DNA of 63,406 bases, the filler included, from Reticulomyxa filosa (Eukaryota > Protista > Foraminifera): assembly GCA_000512085.1 (NCBI GenBank). It is 21 parts of 21 records of this genome, joined end to end, with 100 filler letters (N's around TTAATTAATTAA, not from the genome) between each part and the next. Parts side by side here need not be neighbours in the genome. Positions count along the whole stretch, not along the records: positions 24,141 to 25,708 come from ASPP01046543.1; positions 25,809 to 28,585 come from ASPP01047851.1; positions 28,686 to 30,244 come from ASPP01041776.1; positions 30,345 to 33,439 come from ASPP01006572.1; positions 33,540 to 36,408 come from ASPP01025876.1; 16 more parts are not named here. One strand, written 5' to 3'. The position numbers and the translations under genes are program-made. This document shows positions 25,431 through 36,375 of this stretch, piece after piece. Below the pieces are notes generated by a model, which was not told the origin of the DNA, made no database searches, and saw only the letters and a program-made list of their open reading frames with translations. Within the stretch, counting starts at the first letter, position 1, and every line of letters starts with the position of its first letter.

Positions 25431-25808
25431 AAAAATAAGCAAAAATAAAAATTAAAAAAACTAAATTTTAAAAAGTTCAATTTATTTTATTTTTTTTCAA
25501 AAATACGAAAGGTACAAGGCCAATTCTTTTTTTTAAAAAGTGTATCTACGTGACTTGAAGATTCCTAAAAAAGAAATAAAAAATTTAAAGGTTTGGTTTA
25601 TATGCATTTCTGTGAAATTTTGAAAAGCTGCGTTTTTGATCAACCTAGAAAAAAGTTATTACATTATATTGCAAAAAAAACTGCCATACCTAAATGGCAC
25701 TATATGAANNNNNNNNNNNNNNNNNNNNNNNNNNNNNNNNNNNNNNNNNNNNTTAATTAATTAANNNNNNNNNNNNNNNNNNNNNNNNNNNNNNNNNNNN
25801 NNNNNNNN

Positions 25809-27345
25809 GATACATTTGTATAAATCAGTTTGTCATTTACCATAAATGCAAGTGATAGTGGTAGATCCGCCCATTCAATTCGGTCAAAGTGACAACACAT
25901 TTAAGTGACGACTGTCCGCGTGGCTGCTAACGACTTTTGCCTTCTGAGAAAAAGAAAGGGGCCGATTGCCTAGAAAAGGAATTGTCATTACAGTTGTTAA
26001 CAAAGGGTAGCAGTACCAATGCCAATAGCAATAACGACAACAACAACAACAATAACAATAGCAAAAACAATATAATGGACGTACCCAATGTCAAAATGCA
26101 TCATATGTCGAGAAAATAGATTTTTGATTCGTCCCAAAGAATGTCTGTCGTATTTGATCATCACATTCTGAAAAGTAAAATGGACTATCAAGTTGTGTTA
26201 TGCGTCGAAAACCGACCGTCATGGGTTTGAAATTGATATTTTTTCGCGAAGATTTTGTGTCATTTGACTGCACATCTTGTGATACCAATGAACAAAATTA
26301 TTGCACAACTTCTTGGCTCGTTGCAACATTGGGTCGCAGGCCCGCCCAAAGCAATGCTGTTGCCATCAGTTGATATCTCTAATATGTAAAGGTAGGACTT
26401 TCATTGTTGAGTTTGGAAACAGATGTTCGCAAATGCTGAGGCAGTAAATCCATGATTGCTTGTTGGAACGTTTCCATGGTGTCTGAGGATGGTACATGGA
26501 GCATGATGGAGATAATCCTTTGACCAATGCAAACAGCACATGTGAAAATTCGGCTGGAACACAAACATATATGCATATACTTATATACATACATAACAGT
26601 GGCAATTAGAGTTTGAGATTGCAAGATAAGCAAAGTGGCCTGGAGTGAATGTTTGTCGAGACTGTCTTGACATAGCACATCTTTGAAAAAGATGAAGATA
26701 TGTTCCAAGGCCAGTCGAAAGTTGCTCAAAGTGGGATGTGTGATAAGAGCATGTATAGCAGCATCGCGGACTTAGTAGAAGATGGAGCCCTGTCCGATGT
26801 ATGTTTTTGACATACGTGGCGAAGGTGTTTTGGTGGAACAAGAAGTAAAGGCGTTTCAATGTGAGTTCATGTTCTTGATGATGTAGGCCGCCCGTTTGTT
26901 ATTGCACATGCTGGTGAGATAGTCTCAAATCAACGACTTGAACTTGTGACCAAAGTCGCTCACGGCAATCACAACGTCACAATTCACATTATCTTGATTT
27001 GAAGCATTTGCGACAATTGGTTTACGAGCGTTAGCATTCTGCTTACTCGACCAATTCAATCTCTTTTTTATCTTCTGCTGGTTTCTTGACTAGTCTTACT
27101 GAATTGCAACAGCCTTGCATACAGACAAATGATCAGTCTGGTCATAGCTGTTCGCAGCGACACCTTTTAATCTGGACATGATTGTAGTAACCTTGGAGTA
27201 GATACACCACTTGACCAATGGCAACAACATATCTACCAATTGGTCATCGCCTCGCGATGCCATTGAAAGGCACTCAGCATTATGTGTGTGCATACTCAGA
27301 TACAACTCCTGTTCTATACCTTCGTCGTGATACGTCCGCCTAAAA
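25809..27345 (-). pseudogene. Hypothetical multi-exon gene, interrupted
   Basis: GC-richer ORF fragments (27096-27305, 26379-26729, 26366-26605) with interruptions. No family recognised. Confidence 0.3.
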
Positions 27346-27574
27346 GAATAACAACATCGGACACAGATTGTAACTCGTCACAAAACTATCATACATTTCG
27401 TCTCTAATGGGGCAGCGTCTGTGTACTCGCTCCCGCGCTTGTCCATACATTACAATATGAACTTTCACATTACCAAGTCTTTTACTTGGGTCTCGCCAGC
27501 AACTATCGACACATATTTAATCAGTCCGGTTTGGTGTACACATTTGCAGAAAATGATAAAGTAAGACAAAAGCA

Positions 27575-28230
27575 AACATTAGAAATGACGTCTTTGCATT
27601 TCTTAGCCAAATTAGGAAGTGATGATAAAGGAATACCTTGGATTTTGTAATACATTTTATGAATATTTTGAAAATAAAAGGGAGGAACTACGACATCAAT
27701 CAACTGGTTTGCTTTGTCCATCATTTTTTATGGTTTCCGGAACTATCAATTAATCCATACAAAAACATACAATGTTTGTTTGCTGTTTCAAAAATGGCGC
27801 ACAAAGATAACAAGAGATTGAAATATATCCTAGTACTCTGGGGTCCCACCAAACATCTGATAACAAATAACAAACAAGATATAGAATAATTCTGGAAAAG
27901 ATCAAAACCGATCAAGAGAACAGAAAAGATAGTGTCAAAGTGAAAACAAACAGTTGCTTTTTCTCCATTGGTCAATTCCTTGGACAAGCCGAAATCGGTC
28001 AAATACGCATAACTAGATTGATCCAATAAAATATTTTCTGGTGTTAAGTCTATGTAGATAATGTCAAAGGAGTTTAAATGTCACAAAGACTTATCAATCT
28101 ATACAACTAAGAACTAGTCTTGTTCTAAAGAAAAGCTTCAAATGGAAGAAGATATCCCCACATCTGTAGTAGTTCAAAACAAAGTACAACTTCACATCTG
28201 TTTGAAAGGCCATGATTTGAGCATATAGCA
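27575..28230 (-). pseudogene. AGC-group (SGK/S6K/PKB-like) protein kinase pseudogene
   Basis: AFQTDVKLYFVLNY, IIYIDLTPENILLDQSSYAYLTDFGLSKE, GQSKPVD* and PPFYFQNIHKMYYKIQ, with multiple stops and frameshifts. Confidence 0.8.
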
Positions 28231-30344
28231 ACAACATTATCATTCTCAATGATGAATAGTTTGTTTTTTCAAATTAAAAAAAAGGGCAAAAATAAAAGAC
28301 AATGACAAAATACTTTATATTTTTTTTCATTTTTCAAAGAAAAAGCAAAAAATAATCTTTACTAAAAAAAACAAAGGAAAAAATTTATGTAAATTACTGA
28401 TTTGTTATAAAGTTTAATCTTTATCTATTTAATATAAAAGTGTTTTTTAAAACTCTTTTATATTTCTGAATAAAATAGAATGTATAAGAATTTTGAAAAA
28501 GAAATTCATGTCATTTACAGTAGAATGCAAAGTAAAGTTGACACCTAAAGTGGCACCTTATAGAGATGATTGATTTTCTTTATGANNNNNNNNNNNNNNN
28601 NNNNNNNNNNNNNNNNNNNNNNNNNNNNNTTAATTAATTAANNNNNNNNNNNNNNNNNNNNNNNNNNNNNNNNNNNNNNNNNNNNTTTTTAAAGATATCT
28701 TGAAATTATTTCATTTTCATCAAAATTTTGTTCAATTAAATCACATGTTATCTATATAATTACTTTTCGATTTACAACAATAGATCATTCATCTTGAAAT
28801 AAATTCGAGTTTTTTCATTTTGTATTATCATAATCTTGGATGAAATATTTCTACTTAAAATTTGTCAATAAGATATTTTTATCATGATAGCTTTTCAATA
28901 CTTGAATGGCTTATATATTGTACAATAAAAAGTGACAACAATTGATTTACTTATGTTGATAATTTGATTCCACTGAAATACTAGTAAATGATATTTGCTT
29001 ATTTGTTTCATGTTGAAGCAAATTCGTACTAATTGAATACAAAATAAACAATCAACATTTTCTATAGTTATTTCTGTTGTGTTGATTTATATTGCTCTTC
29101 TCTCAATTGGTACCATTCAACTTTGAAAAAAAGCTAAATGAATGAATTAAAACAGAAATTTCATCAAACATATGGAAAAATTATTAAGATTAAACAGACA
29201 TCTATTTTATTTAGTTGACAAGACTAATGCATTTTTCATTTTATTATAAAAAGTGTGTTGCATGAGATGATGTTGGAGGGTATAATTAAATTTCAAACTT
29301 GTGATTATTAGGCGAGAATACGCCCAATTATTGCCCAAGTAAAGGGCATTTTATTCATATAATTTTTTTTTTTTTTGAAATAATAATAATTTTTCGTCAC
29401 AAAAAATGTAAATCATCATGCACTATTTATGTAACATTAATGACACTTCTTTTAATTTTTATAAAATATTTGATTGATTTATTGGTTTTATGACAACGTA
29501 TTTTGACACAATAAAATCATTTTAATAATAAATTTACATTGTATTATCACCAAGATGTCACCTATGTCAATATAAGAATCGATACATTTTCAATCTCTTT
29601 AAATAGTCATTACATTATTTCAGTAGGTGAATTGTTTATTCATCAATGCAGAACCAGTTATAATTATAAGACATTTGAATGCCAGTTTATCATTCATCTG
29701 TTTTGTGCGAGCTGTCTGAACAAAAATTTATTATAAAATTGTCACAAAAATTATTTTTTTATGTTTGTGATTCACATTGTATGAATATTCCAATGATTTG
29801 CCAAGTAGACAATCAAAGAGTTTGACATTGATAGCACTATATATGAAACAAAATATTTTAGAAAACAAAGACTATAAAGAACTCGCAAATCCCAGAGGAC
29901 CATAGATATCTATACAACGAGCAGTCAGGCCACTTACTGTTTCTCTATAGTAGGAACTTGACATAAACTTTTTTACCACATATTTCACAAACCTTGGATT
30001 GGTTATTATATATTTCAAATTGCAAAAAGTAATTAATGATAACATGATAGTAACAAAAATAATTCAAAGTAAATTTTCAACTGGTAATAATTGATAGTGT
30101 GCAACCATACAAACGGAACACAGCAATTCACCAACCAACAGTCACTATGTTGGCAAATGGACCATGAATACATTTTAAAGTATTGACAGCGTGTTTATTC
30201 GACGTTATTATTTAACAAAAAGTTAATTTGTTTGGCATTGAATTNNNNNNNNNNNNNNNNNNNNNNNNNNNNNNNNNNNNNNNNNNNNTTAATTAATTAA
30301 NNNNNNNNNNNNNNNNNNNNNNNNNNNNNNNNNNNNNNNNNNNN

Positions 30345-30991
30345 ATCATCATCATTATAATCCTTTTCGTTCACAGAGACATTCGTAGTAGTTGCACGAA
30401 TGTCATCAATACAATTGTTAGCGAACAGATTACTGTCATCATAGTCATCGTTGTTATTACCCTTGTTCTTTTCTGGCTTTGACTTGCTTGTTGTGTCATA
30501 TTCATCCACTCCATTTGTGTGCTTCGAAAGAGGGGTCTTTGACAAACATATTTGTGGTTTCATTTTCCGGATTTTGCTCATTGCTTCCAACGGCTGAGAC
30601 TGCCGTCCGATTACCTCACTTTCAAGTATTTTTATTTTTGCAACATTGTCATTATCATCTCATTGTTGTCTTCAGTTTACAATGATTACTGTGGATAGGA
30701 GGAGTTGATTTTTTTTTGGTCTAAATCTACCTTTTTTTTTAAAAAAAAAAAAAAAAAATTAATAACAGCGAACCTCCGAGCACGCGAATGCATGGATTTA
30801 TGACTGTGGACCTTCTCAAAACTTAGACTTATGCTACCGACTGAGGTTCCTGTTGGTGTTTGGGATATCACACGGGTTTGATTTGGAATTATCCTCCTTA
30901 TTCTCGCTCTTTTCACTAGTGTGCTACGATTTTTATCTCCAATAAAATACTTTGCCGCGTCAGAATTTGTGTTTGTTCGAGTGCCATCCAT
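30345..30991 (-). CDS. Hypothetical protein, 5' part (multi-exon)
   Basis: ORFs 30686-30991 and 30297-30590 separated by a GT-AG intron; runs into the linker. Confidence 0.4.
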
Positions 30992-32403
30992 AAATTCTAT
31001 TCCAATTCGCTCTGCGTCCTTGTCGCTTGTCTTTATCTACATATATACATTTATTTCCCCTTTTTCAATCATTTTTGGGACCTTTTTTTCACTTTTTTCC
31101 TCTCACAACATTTTCGGATAACCTGTCCAATGAACCGCACTAGCGCTTTTTCACCGTGTTGTAACTCAATCCAATCTCCAACGTGCAAATTTTTTAAATT
31201 CCGGACACGTTGTTTTGGCTCTATGGCAGAATGATAGCGGGGGAATATTCAATGGATTTGATTTCATAATTGACTTTATTTGTTTTTTACTCATTAAAAA
31301 AAAGGATTGCAACCAGAGTTCTTGTCAACTTTTTTAAGTTAAAAGATCCATCTTATTGGAAGGGGTACACTGTAAATGTGAAACACTATTCGTCTTTATG
31401 TTTTCAGAAATTGAAAGTCACTCCAAAGGTTCACTTTGATGATGTAACGTTACGTCATGCAAAGTGAAAAGGAAAATCGGAATTAACTCACAAAAAAAGA
31501 AAATTGTGATGACAGTTAACACCCTTTTCTTAATCGAAGGAAAAAACAAAATAGGCGAATGAATCGACTGTTTACAATAAATCAAAACTCCCAACAAAAG
31601 AGAAAAAAACGGGAAAAAATCACACCAAAGGAGGAAGAGAAAAAAGAAAAAAAAAATAAAAAATAAAATAAAAATAAAACAACAAAAACAAGGCAAATAA
31701 GATAAAAAAAACAAAAAATAGAAAAAAAATAAAAAAACATTGGATCGCACGGTGTCACTCAAGACGTACACTTTGAAACCTAAACAAATAAAAGCCAGCA
31801 TATTTCCATTGAAGTTTTTTTACAGCTCTTTTTATTTTTTGTTCATTTGTCATTTTAATTTTATTTTGTCCTTTGTTTTACTGTTTTATCTTATTTTATT
31901 TTATTTTACTTTTTTTTGTTGTTATTATGGTTATTTTTTCCTTCCTTCTTTGTGTCTACAGGTAAGGCATACCTGTTGATTGTTTTCCCTTTTGTGAAAA
32001 TAATACAAAAAAAAAAAAAAAATCAATAAAACTTGCAAACAAAACAAACAAAAAACCACACAATGAGCCCTCCCTCAATTTGTCTAAAAAAAAAAAGAAT
32101 GTCCACATGGTTCTCCACTGATAAAAAAGATGTTGTTTTTTTTGGTAAGAAAAGTGTCCTCTGGAATTGTATAAAACAAAACAGTTGTTGAATGAGACGA
32201 CAACATAAACAAACAGTCAGGGGACATGTGAATCGATAGAACACGTGTCTTTCACCTCCTTTCTTTCTCTCGTTCCATCCCATTGTTACCCCTTTTTTTT
32301 TTTTTTGTCCCCTCCCCTGTCTCCCTCAAAGGTTTCGGTGCGGGGAGGTTATTGGTTGACTGATTAGGTAATTGGTTTGTGTGTGATGTATGATGTATTA
32401 TTT

Positions 32404-33439
32404 TTAGATGGAAGACAAAGGAGCATTTGGCTGGCATTGCATGGCCTTCTTTTTTTTGCTATTTTTTGAGCCGACTGGTCTCCCGCGCTTTTTTTTCAAT
32501 ACGCCGTTGACATTGACCATTTGCTTTGGTTTATGATGTGTCCCGTCAACGTTTTGCAATTCGTTGGGTTCCAATTCATCGTCTGTTTCTCGGATTGGAG
32601 GCTCGGGCAATCGTTTTTTCACTTGTTCCCACGTCACATCCAAATGCTTGCTATCGATGTGGCGTTTTAAAGACGATTTTCGAGTGAAACGACGTTTAGT
32701 TTCGGGAACTTCCAAAGGGCAAAAATCACACCGCCAAAAATGACTTATGAAATAATCTGACGAATGAATCAATTCGTGAATGTTCCGATTCGACTTCTGT
32801 TTAAACGACTTTGGGCAATATTGACACAGATATCGTTGCTCACGTCCATTTAACATGTTACTCTTGTTGTAAGGGTTACAATAATTGTCTGTGGTACCAT
32901 TATTATTGTTACTATCGTTATTATCACTGTTATTATTATTATTATTGCCGTTACTATTATTATTATTATTATCATTATTACTGTTATTGTTATTGTCGTT
33001 GTATTAGTAGCATCACTGTCATTATTACTATTGAAACATTTTTAGTATCATTAACAGCATCATGTGAATGATGCAGTCGCTGATGACGAACACAATGACA
33101 TTTTTGTGCAAACGTTTGATTGCATTGATTGCACTTGAATTTTTTCAGACGATTGTGCAATGGCAAAACGCAATGCTTTGCGTCCATGCCAAATCCTCCG
33201 ACCATTCCAAATGTCTTTGGGACTTTTGACAGTGATTGGGCCAACAGCTTTTCCGTATTTTTGCAATGGCTCATTTTGTTTCTCAAATTGTTGATTGCCG
33301 ACTTTACTCCAAACGATGCCAACAAAGACGCCCTTCGAATTTCAATATCATTTTCGTTTACAGTTTCAACGGCATTTACACTCGTATTAGTATTAGTATT
33401 GGTATTGGCATTGGTATTGGTATTGGCATTGGTATTGGT
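32404..33439 (-). CDS. C2H2 zinc-finger protein with AT-hook, 3' part (frameshifted in Asn-rich linker)
   Basis: FKCNQCNQTFAQKCHCVRHQRLH, YLCQYCPKSFKQKSNRNIHELIH, CDFC...FTRKSSLKRHIDSKH, and AT-hook KKKRGRPVGSK. Confidence 0.85.
32898..33000. repeat. Imperfect (TAT)n trinucleotide tract, poly-Asn on the minus strand
   Basis: Seen directly, between zinc fingers 1 and 2. Confidence 0.8.
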
Positions 33440-33814
33440 NNNNNNNNNNNNNNNNNNNNNNNNNNNNNNNNNNNNNNNNNNNNTTAATTAATTAANNNNN
33501 NNNNNNNNNNNNNNNNNNNNNNNNNNNNNNNNNNNNNNNCAGTATCAAATTTTTTATAACAAAGTTCTGAGTAGTCCCTTCTTTTTTTTTTTTTGTTGCT
33601 GCTGTCACTTCTTTTGTTCGTTTGCTTCCAAAATTTTCTTTATTTATTTGACAACAAAAAAAAAACAAACAAAAGTTAAGAGTTTATTTCTTTCTTTCTT
33701 TCAAGTTTTTCAGCTTTACCACTTCGGACTTGAGCCGAAGAACAACAACGCAAATAATTTTTTTATTGTTCTATCAACAATAATTTATAAATACTTGTGC
33801 ATTCTTTGTATTTG

Positions 33815-35499
33815 TCATAGATCTTGCATCTTCGATTTTATGCTGCTGATAAATCCAACCAAAAGTTCTACAACCTCAATTTTTCGTTTTGTCCGAAAAT
33901 AATCATTTGCGGAGTCGGACTGTTTGATAATGTTTTTAAAAAAAATGTTTTTATTATTATTATTGATTGGAGTGTGGAATGATTGTAGGTGGGGGGTTGG
34001 GGGGAAAAAATGTCGCAAGTATACCAAAGTGAGGTGGGTAGTAGCTTAATGCGTAAAGCCCGCCGTACTTGAAGGGACTTGCTCGGCATTAGGGCCAGCC
34101 ACTTTTGGAAAGTTCTTCGGAACTTTCTGGGAGTGGTGCAACATCAAAAGTGTTGCTAGGCTGGCTAATGTGTTGGGGTGCGTCTTGAGTTTCTATTGAC
34201 CAAGTCGCAGGGCAATAGTTACTCTTGCCTACACACTAGCACACGGATATTTATATTGCTGGTAGCAATACCAGTAGTGTGGGTATCCGCGCAATGCTGG
34301 CAACGCCCAACGAAATTAGCGGAGATATGGGTTCGAGTCCCATCCCCACCATTAACAAAAAAAAAAAAAAAAATTATTTACAACATACTTTGAGGTTTGC
34401 ATAGATTGTCGTTGAATATAGTTCTGGTCTTAGATTCGATGCAAATGTCGATTTTTTCCTTAGTTAAGTCTCCAATCGCGTTTGTGCTTGTAATTGTTGC
34501 AAATGCTGTTGATGATGTGATTGTTGTAGTCGGTGTGTGTAGCTGCATAATTATATGGTTCGTGACTCAATTGACTGCTATAGTTTTTTTCTCGTTTGTT
34601 ATTGGACAGTACCACAAGAAAAATATATTCAATGATAACAATAAAAACGCCAAACTTCAGAATTAAGTGTTTTCTTGCTGACGTGCCCGAAAGTGGTAGT
34701 TTGGATCCTCTTCCAGTTCCATGACTGGATTCATGAACGTTATAATTACTTTGGGCCATTCTTGTCCTATCCGACCCCCGAGTTGCGATTGTAATTGAAA
34801 ACTGTGCCTTTTTTGATAGCGCCTCATCCAAGCGTTTTGTCACAGCGCATCGTTTTAGAAAGCCGCGAGGCAATGGCATCAAAGTTGATCTCTGTCAACG
34901 ACTTGATTGGCAGTTTCCGGTCACGTACTTTGTTTCTGCAGACAAATAGTACACACAATTTCAATGGCCTAGTTTCAACAGGTCAAAATCGTACCCCCCC
35001 CCCAAAGAACATTGTAATTTTTTTTTTTAAATACCCCCTTTTTTTTGCTTTGAATAGCCCCTTTTTTTTTTTTTGTATTATGGACCCTTTTTTTGTTTGC
35101 CAAACTATTTGAAGTTTCGATTGGCTGTGGTGGTAATGTAGTGGTCTTTGTACTTACGTCTTCAAAAAAAGTTCTTGTTTGTGTATAGCGTTGCAATAAT
35201 AATTTCAATAAGATTGAAAAAATTGGAGTTGAATCATCGAACCAATTAAAGCAATCCAAACACTATACTTGACAATGCTGCCAATTCATAATCAAAGAAT
35301 AGCTTTTTTGGTATTCACAATTCTGAGTTTTTGCTTTATCAAGATTTAAAATTAATTTGTGACTGCTGTTGTACAAGTGTTCGTCGTTTCTTTTCATCTG
35401 TGTAGTGTACACGCGATTGAAGAAAGAGTCCATGTTACTCAATCGGGATAGTAGATCTATTCTAACGATACACGTGGTAACCACTTGTAGTTCGCTCAA
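33815..35499 (-). pseudogene. Interrupted hypothetical gene whose putative last intron (34389-33921) hosts the tRNA-like RNA in antisense
   Basis: ORF fragments at 35263-35499, 34975-35259 and 34460-34882. A GTATGT donor and CAG acceptor give IYANLK|SDSANDYFRT in phase 0; in-frame stops are present. Confidence 0.3.
34033..34351 (+). ncRNA. tRNA-like RNA with ~242-nt structured insert in the anticodon loop
   Basis: Acceptor GGTGGG(TA)G/CCCCACC + A; D arm GCTT-AATGCGTA-AAGC; anticodon stem CGC(CG)TA/TAGCG; variable loop GAGAT; T arm ATGGG-TTCGAGT-CCCAT. The insert has a 17-bp C(UUCG)G hairpin and a 21-bp GCAA hairpin. G-U pairs and tetraloops fix the + strand. Confidence 0.85.
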
Positions 35500-35724
35500 T
35501 GATTTGTTTGCTCCTTTTTTTTGAAGGGAGTTTTTTTAAGCAAATAAATAAACAATGTAATGAAAACAAAGAAAAGTAGTCAAAATTAAAGTAAATCTTG
35601 TATTTGTCCCCGTCTTGTGGAAAAGAAAAAACTTGGCGACAGAAAAAAAAACTGGAAGGAAATCCGTAAATATTTTTTTGTCCTCCATTTTTTTCCTTCT
35701 TGTGCCTTGTCTCTGTCTTTTCAA

Positions 35725-36375
35725 ATGTCTGCAGACAATTCAACCTTTATTCCTTCAACTACAGAGGTTTCTGGAACCAGTGATGTGTATATTTTCGCAA
35801 TAGTTCGAACAGCAGAAGTAGTGTCGATGATAATACTTGTACTGTTTTTTGCAATATTTGTCTGCCGCCTAAAATATGAAGGTAACATAGCTTCAATTGT
35901 GAAATGGAGTGCATATGGATTTTTCATAAGTGCAATTAGTCAACAGGTTTGGAATATTACATGTGCATGGATATTTGTTATATTCGGAAGAGATTTGAAT
36001 GCAGATTTGTCTTGTCAAATACGTAACGATGGAAATGTATGGATATTTGCATTTTATAAACTTGCGTTGTATAACTTTTTCATTGTTCGATTTGACATTT
36101 GTTTCAGTGAATCTGTACTGAAGTATCCTGCGCATGTGTTGCGTTTAGTATACGTATTGTTGTTCGGATTTGCATGTTGTTACGTAATCGGTTCCAACTT
36201 TTTTGTGACGGTGGATTCATGGAGGATTTTTAATGATGGGATTGACTGCTTCGGTGTAACAAAAAATGCGTTTTTATATGCTTTGGGAGCATATGACGGC
36301 TTTTTAGCTTTGCTTATTTGCGCTTTGTTTGTTTTCAAATTAATTGAATTCTCAAAATTTCCTGTGAACGTGGTA
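35725..36375 (+). CDS. 7TM/GPCR-like membrane protein, partial
   Basis: N-terminal NST sequon, five hydrophobic helices, Cys at the top of TM3 (SCQIR) and in ECL2 (GIDC); truncated by an intron and the linker. Confidence 0.7.

Noticed and set aside
28686-30244. AT-rich contig (also 56698-57697) with short broken frames
   Set aside because: No motif, repeat or structure that I can support.
31418-31979. Phe/Leu/Lys-rich ORFs (also 8177-8590, 55636-55893, 57742-58077)
   Set aside because: Translations of A/T homopolymer-rich UTR or intron sequence, or antisense shadows of coiled-coil exons.
34138-34188. tmRNA-style tag reading frame inside the tRNA-like RNA (ATSKVLLGWLMCWGAS*)
   Set aside because: It lies in paired helices, has no AA-type C-terminal tag, and the RNA lacks G3-U70 and retains a D stem.
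34071-34312. Canonical group I intron in tRNA-Leu(UAA)
   Set aside because: U-before and G-at-end boundaries fit, but the P7 R/S elements are not in the expected positions and the shell is class I. Kept only as a hypothesis in the findings.
34178-34393. ORFs overlapping the tRNA-like element (also 33868-34089)
   Set aside because: Incidental open frames caused by locally higher GC; the RNA structure explains the sequence better.
35260-35266. In-frame TAG between two minus-strand ORFs, suggesting stop-codon reassignment
   Set aside because: Genes in the window end normally in TAA, TAG and TGA and conserved genes have no internal stops; pseudogenisation is more likely.
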